34,712 nucleotides of DNA, taken from Hormoscilla sp. GTDB lineage: Bacteria; Cyanobacteriota; Cyanobacteriia; Cyanobacteriales; Desertifilaceae. A model generated the notes under the pieces. It had not been told where the DNA came from. It worked only from the letters and a program-made list of their open reading frames with translations, and did no database searches. The stretch spans positions 1 to 34,712 of the forward strand of contig JBFRWI010000047.1 of NCBI GenBank assembly GCA_051439505.1. Reading direction: 5' to 3'. Every line of letters begins with the position of its first letter. The stretch's first letter is position 1. Below are positions 30,265 through 34,712 of this stretch, piece by piece. The position numbers and the translations under genes are program-made.

Positions 30265-31188
30265 CGATTGGCCCGGATAGCGCCACACAAATTTATCCGT
30301 ATCGAAGCGCACTTGGCTCCACGCTTTCCTGACTCCGACTTCATGTATCGGATCGCTAACGGTGTGGCGGTGAAATTCCCCCTCCCCCACCGGATCGTTC
30401 TGGTAGAACCGCCCGAACGGGTCCACCATCACGTAACTGTGAGTCATCTCGTCGTTGTTTTCGGGGCGCATGATGTCCAAGCTTTCGTGCCGCGACACGA
30501 AGTCCTTGAACTCCGAGTCCTTGATGATGAACGGCTGCTGCTTGTCCGCAACTTCTTCCGTATCCGCGATGGGCAGCATCTGGAAAACTTTCCAGCGGTC
30601 AGGAGCAATTTTATCGAGCATCGAATGAAAATTCTCCTCCCAATTGTAGGTGCAGACGACTGTGTTGAGTTTACACTCAATGTTCGGGTTGACCTCCCGC
30701 GCCAAGCGGAATATGGCCGCTACTCTTTCAACGCTGATTTGCTTCGAGGCGTCGCGTTTGCGGGAACGACCGATTTTCTGGTTGGTCTCTGGATCCGCGG
30801 AATCTATACTGATCCCAAGGATATTTACACGAGGGGCGAGTTGCCCCACAATCTCGTCTGTCAGCAGATACCCGTTGGTGATGATGGACAAGGTGAATCC
30901 CAGCTGCTCAGCCTCGCTCATAACCCTCGGCAATTCGCCGTTTTTGTAGAGTAACATCGGCTCGCCCCCGGCGAAGTTCAACCGAGGGGGGCCCACCCAT
31001 TCCCCCGGCACGAGGGAGGGCATGTGGGACAATTCCTCCAGAATGCGACTCGTCAATTCTGGGCTTCTCCACGCTTCGGGTCGGCGCATCTGCGGCCAAT
31101 GGGCGTAGCAGTATCCGCAGGAGAAGTTGCAGTTCTCTAAAATGTGCCAGTTAATAACTAGCTGGTTTTTGTTGATTTTGGGGTTCAT
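30259..31188 (-). CDS. Prokaryotic viperin (antiviral radical SAM ddhNTP synthase)
   Basis: NWH...CNFSCGYC (CxxxCxxC), NFAGGEP, SIITNG, GISIDS, KLNTVV, RWKVFQ, MTHSYVMVDPFGRF; GAGGAG SD. Confidence 0.92.
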   Translation of the reverse strand: MNPKINKNQLVINWHILENCNFSCGYCYAHWPQMRRPEAWRSPELTSRILEELSHMPSLVPGEWVGPPRLNFAGGEPMLLYKNGELPRVMSEAEQLGFTLSIITNGYLLTDEIVGQLAPRVNILGISIDSADPETNQKIGRSRKRDASKQISVERVAAIFRLAREVNPNIECKLNTVVCTYNWEENFHSMLDKIAPDRWKVFQMLPIADTEEVADKQQPFIIKDSEFKDFVSRHESLDIMRPENNDEMTHSYVMVDPFGRFYQNDPVGEGEFHRHTVSDPIHEVGVRKAWSQVRFDTDKFVWRYPGQSR

Positions 31189-31456
31189 CTATGTCTCCTC
31201 GCCTGGCTGTTGTCAAAATGAACTTACTAATATAACTAAGCTTCCCTCTGGAGGTGCTACGGGCGATCGCAAGTTGTCAAGGATATCAGCAAACAGCAAA
31301 CCCCGTTTCTTGCTATTCTCTCTACTTGATAAAATATGAGAAAAGCTGCTATTGCCGATCGCCGCGATAATTTGTTCGATATGTTTCGATCATCTTTGGC
31401 AATTTTCTGCTACGGTGATATCGATCGCTACTTTTTTCGAGCGGATTTTTTCTTGG

Positions 31457-31558
31457 TTAATAGTTATTGTCTAAAAAGGTAAAGTCGATCGCATCTACTG
31501 GGATGAACTCATCACCGACTCCGGTCAATGCTGAATCATCATAACGGAAAGAACCAGA
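31457..31558 (-). pseudogene. Short remnant resembling cyanobacterial PEP-CTERM-type secreted proteins
   Basis: Translates SGSFRYDDSALTGVGDEFIPVDAIDFTFLDNNY*; no start codon, abuts a repeat. Confidence 0.35.
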
Positions 31559-31574
31559 GTGCGCGAAAGTTCTC

Positions 31575-31762
31575 TCATTCTCTCACTTCGCTGTCAGCCC
31601 GCCGGGGGTTCAAACCCAAAGGCTTTTAGCTAAAGTCGGTTAAAAAACCGACTGATAATATTCGGACATGAATCGTTCACGATCCCCCCAAATAAACCTT
31701 TTTAAGAAAGGCTTATCTCGTGTCCCCCCCCTTCTGCAAGGGGGGGGTTAGGGGGGGATCCA
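31575..31762. repeat. REP-like elements downstream of the adhesin gene
   Basis: TTCTCTCACTTCGCTGTC shared with ~4451-4470; AAGTCGGTTAAAACCGACT family; poly-C/G palindrome like 40-117. Confidence 0.7.
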
Positions 31763-31769
31763 GCGGCGT

Positions 31770-34712
31770 TTACAATAGCCAGTTATTGTTCTCGTTCATT
31801 GCATCGGCAGAAGTGCCTTCTATCATGATGAATGTACGCGATCGCCCGCCACCGAGGGCACCGTCAGGATCGATAGACAACATCGCACTATCGCCCCGGG
31901 AGGAGATTTGGATATAGCCATCCGCGATCGGGTTTTCCCCAGCATAGTCCAGACTTGACAAAAGATCCGTCATGACAATCTTATCGCTATCGATTTCAAA
32001 GTCGGTAATGAAATCTCCGGCATCGAGAATGCTGCTATACACAAAGCGATCGCTTCCGGCACCACCTGTGAGGGTATCCCGACCTTGGAAACCCGTGATG
32101 ATGTCGTCTGAGGGGGTTCCTGTCAAATTATCCCGCCCTGGGGTGCCATTGATTTCGTTCCCGGGGGCGATCGGGTTAACTGCTACGATAACGGTAGCGC
32201 TATTCTCTTCGCCTTCGGAGTCGCGCACCGTATAGGAGAAACTTGCTTCACCGATGAATTCGGCATCGGGTGTGAATAGTATTTCACCTTCTGCGTTCAG
32301 TTGGACTGTGCCGTTGACTGCATTGCTGACTTGGGTAATGGTCAGGGTATCGACATCTTCATCTCGGTCATTGGCCAGCAGTTGAGAGGACTCTATGGTG
32401 ACGGGAGTATCGGCATTGGTGGATATTTCATCGTCGGACGGTTGAGGAGCGGCGTTCACGGCATTCACTGTCACTGTCACCGTCGCGCTATTCTCTTCCC
32501 CTTCCGAGTCGCGCACCGTATAGTCAAAACTTGCTTCACCAATAAATTCCGCATCGGGAGTAAATACTATTTCCCCTTCTGCATTCAGTTCGACTGTGCC
32601 GTTGACTGCATTGCTGACTTGGGTAATGGTCAGGGTATCGAGATCTTCATCTTGGTCATTGGCCAGCAGTTGAGAGGACTCTATGGTGACAGGAGTATCG
32701 GCATTGGTGGATATCTCATCATCTTCCGGTTCGGGCGCAGCGTTCACTGCATTCACTGTCACTGTCACCGTCGCGCTATTCTCTTCGCCTTCGGAGTCGC
32801 GCACCGTATAGGAGAAACTTGCTTCACCAACAAATTCCGCATCGGGGGTGAATAGTATTTCGCCTTCCGCATTCAGTTCGACTGTGCCGTTGACTGCATT
32901 GCTGACTTGGGTAATGGTCAGGGTATCGACATCTTCATCTTGGTCATTGGCCAGCAGTTGAGACGACTCTATGGTGACGGGAGTATCGGCATTGGTCGAT
33001 ATCGCATCGTCTTCCGGTTCGGGCGCGGCGTTCACTGCATTTACTGTCACTGTCACCGTCGCGCTATTCTCTTCTCCTTCCGAGTCGCGAACCGTATAGG
33101 AGAAAGTTGCTTCACCAGTAAATTCCGCATCGGGGGTGAAGACTATTTCCCCTTCTGCATTCAGTTCCACCGTGCCGTTGACCGCATTGCTGACTTGGGT
33201 AATAGTTAGGGTATCGACATCTTCATCTATGTCATTGGCCAGTAGTTCAGATGAAGATATGGTGACCGGAGTATCGGCATTGGTGGCGATCGCATCGTCT
33301 TCCGGTTGAGGCGCGGCGTTCACGGCATTCACGATCACTGTTACTGTCGCGCTATTCTCTTCTCCTTCGGAGTCCTGCACCGTATAGTCAAAACTTGCTT
33401 CACCAGTGAATTCGGCATCGGGAGTAAATACTATTTCGCCTTCCGCATTCAGTTCCACCGTGCCGTTGACCGCATTGCTGACTTGGGTAATGGTTAGGGT
33501 ATCGACATCTTCATCTTGGTCATTGGCCAGCAGTTGAGAGGACTCGATGGTGACGGGAGTATCGGCATTGGTGGATATCTCATCGTCGGACGGTTCGGGC
33601 GCGGCGTTCACTGCATTCACGATCACTGTCACTGTCGCGCTATTCTCTTCTCCTTCTGAGTCGCGCACCGTATAAGAGAAACTTGCTTCACCAATAAATT
33701 CCGCATCGGGGGTGAAGACTATTTCGCCTTCGGCGTTCAGTTCCACCGTGCCGTTGACCGCATTGCTGACGGAGGTAATGCTTAGGGTATCAACATCTTC
33801 ATCTTGGTCATTGGCCAATAGTTCAGATGAAGATATGGTGACGGGAGTATCGGCATCGGTGGAGATCGCATCGTCGGACGGTTCGGGCGCAACGTTCTCT
33901 TCTATCATTGTTGTCCGTGCCTGGGCAAGAGTTGGTATTTCCTCTTTGTATCCCAGTCGATCGATCGCCACGCTGTAGAAGCCATAGGTTTTACCTACTT
34001 CTCCACGGTATGTTGATTCGGTTTCGCTGGTGTCGTCTAACCACAGTTCAAAGGGACCATCCTCCACGGACACATAGATATCGTAAGTGGCAATGCCGCT
34101 GCCCCGATCGTCCCCTTGCCATTTGACAGTAAATTCCGGACTGCTGACGGTTTCCGGTAACTCCTCTACTGTGCTGGTTGGCGGCGTGATGTCGATCGTG
34201 TGGAAAATGGCGGGGGTATCTATGGGTTCGTTAGTGTCAAAGACGATCTCCGCCTCCGCATCGATGACTGTATCGGTGGTGATACCCGTTTTGGTTTGGA
34301 TGCGGTAGTTGACAAACCCTTCCCCTTCCGGTTTTTCCCGGTTGGGAGGCAGGAAACCAGCGTCAAAATCATTCGGATATTCTCCCGTTTCCGGTTCGAT
34401 CGTCTCCAGGGTCCAGGTCGCTTCCCCACTGTCTGGATCGATCGCGGCGTTGAAGTCTACGAAGTACCCGATGGTGTCCCGCAGGTCTACCCGTTCGCTG
34501 TAGGTTTGGAAACCTTCGGGGACTTCTATGTAGATGTCCCCAAAACCAAAGTCTCCCACTTCAAAGCTGTTCCAGTCCAGGTCCGAGTCCAGTTGTTGGG
34601 TGATGGTGACGAACACTGCGGGGGCCGTAGCTTTTTCCGCGTCGTTCTCAAAGCGGATCGTGTAGGGAAGTCGTTGTTCGGGACTGATCCAGTTCTCTTC
34701 CCCTACCCCTGC
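31770..34712 (-). CDS. Large secreted RTX-type adhesin, 5'-partial, with six cadherin-like/Ig repeats and a T1SS-type C-terminus
   Basis: Frame open to the window edge (YTIRFEN); six 96-aa repeats with LLANDxDxD; GxGxD nonapeptides; ITDF C-terminal motif. Confidence 0.88.
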   Translation of the reverse strand, partial: AGVGEENWISPEQRLPYTIRFENDAEKATAPAVFVTITQQLDSDLDWNSFEVGDFGFGDIYIEVPEGFQTYSERVDLRDTIGYFVDFNAAIDPDSGEATWTLETIEPETGEYPNDFDAGFLPPNREKPEGEGFVNYRIQTKTGITTDTVIDAEAEIVFDTNEPIDTPAIFHTIDITPPTSTVEELPETVSSPEFTVKWQGDDRGSGIATYDIYVSVEDGPFELWLDDTSETESTYRGEVGKTYGFYSVAIDRLGYKEEIPTLAQARTTMIEENVAPEPSDDAISTDADTPVTISSSELLANDQDEDVDTLSITSVSNAVNGTVELNAEGEIVFTPDAEFIGEASFSYTVRDSEGEENSATVTVIVNAVNAAPEPSDDEISTNADTPVTIESSQLLANDQDEDVDTLTITQVSNAVNGTVELNAEGEIVFTPDAEFTGEASFDYTVQDSEGEENSATVTVIVNAVNAAPQPEDDAIATNADTPVTISSSELLANDIDEDVDTLTITQVSNAVNGTVELNAEGEIVFTPDAEFTGEATFSYTVRDSEGEENSATVTVTVNAVNAAPEPEDDAISTNADTPVTIESSQLLANDQDEDVDTLTITQVSNAVNGTVELNAEGEILFTPDAEFVGEASFSYTVRDSEGEENSATVTVTVNAVNAAPEPEDDEISTNADTPVTIESSQLLANDQDEDLDTLTITQVSNAVNGTVELNAEGEIVFTPDAEFIGEASFDYTVRDSEGEENSATVTVTVNAVNAAPQPSDDEISTNADTPVTIESSQLLANDRDEDVDTLTITQVSNAVNGTVQLNAEGEILFTPDAEFIGEASFSYTVRDSEGEENSATVIVAVNPIAPGNEINGTPGRDNLTGTPSDDIITGFQGRDTLTGGAGSDRFVYSSILDAGDFITDFEIDSDKIVMTDLLSSLDYAGENPIADGYIQISSRGDSAMLSIDPDGALGGGRSRTFIMIEGTSADAMNENNNWLL
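32170..33897 (-). repeat. Six 288-bp intragenic tandem repeats
   Basis: GCGGCGTTCA recurs at 33025, 33313 and 33601. Confidence 0.95.

Noticed and set aside
26300..31700. Prophage or integrative element
   Set aside because: No integrase, transposase, phage structural gene or tRNA att site visible.
32301..33497. Repetitive plus-strand ORFs
   Set aside because: Antisense shadows of the adhesin repeats.

Overview
Cyanobacterial chromosomal segment (frequent HIP1 octamer GCGATCGC, cyanobacterial gene order). The core, 8.06-25.7 kb on the minus strand, is the large ribosomal protein cluster rplC-rplD-rplW-rplB-rpsS-rplV-rpsC-rplP-rpmC-rpsQ-rplN-rplX-rplE-rpsH-rplF-rplR-rpsE-rplO-secY-adk-infA-rpmJ-rpsM-rpsK-rpoA-rplQ-truA-rplM-rpsI-rpmE-prfA. 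The left flank has hflX (probable ATC start), an SPFH protein, a membrane protein, a CHAT-domain fragment and orphan antitoxins among MITEs and REP-like repeats. The right flank is an accessory region with a duplicated copy of the ribosomal-operon promoter, decaying antitoxin-like genes, a CYTH-like enzyme, a prokaryotic viperin that abuts a broken DUF433/DUF5615 toxin-antitoxin pair, and the 3' part of a large RTX/cadherin-repeat adhesin. No rRNA, tRNA or CRISPR array was seen. Family calls come from motif recognition by eye, not database searches.
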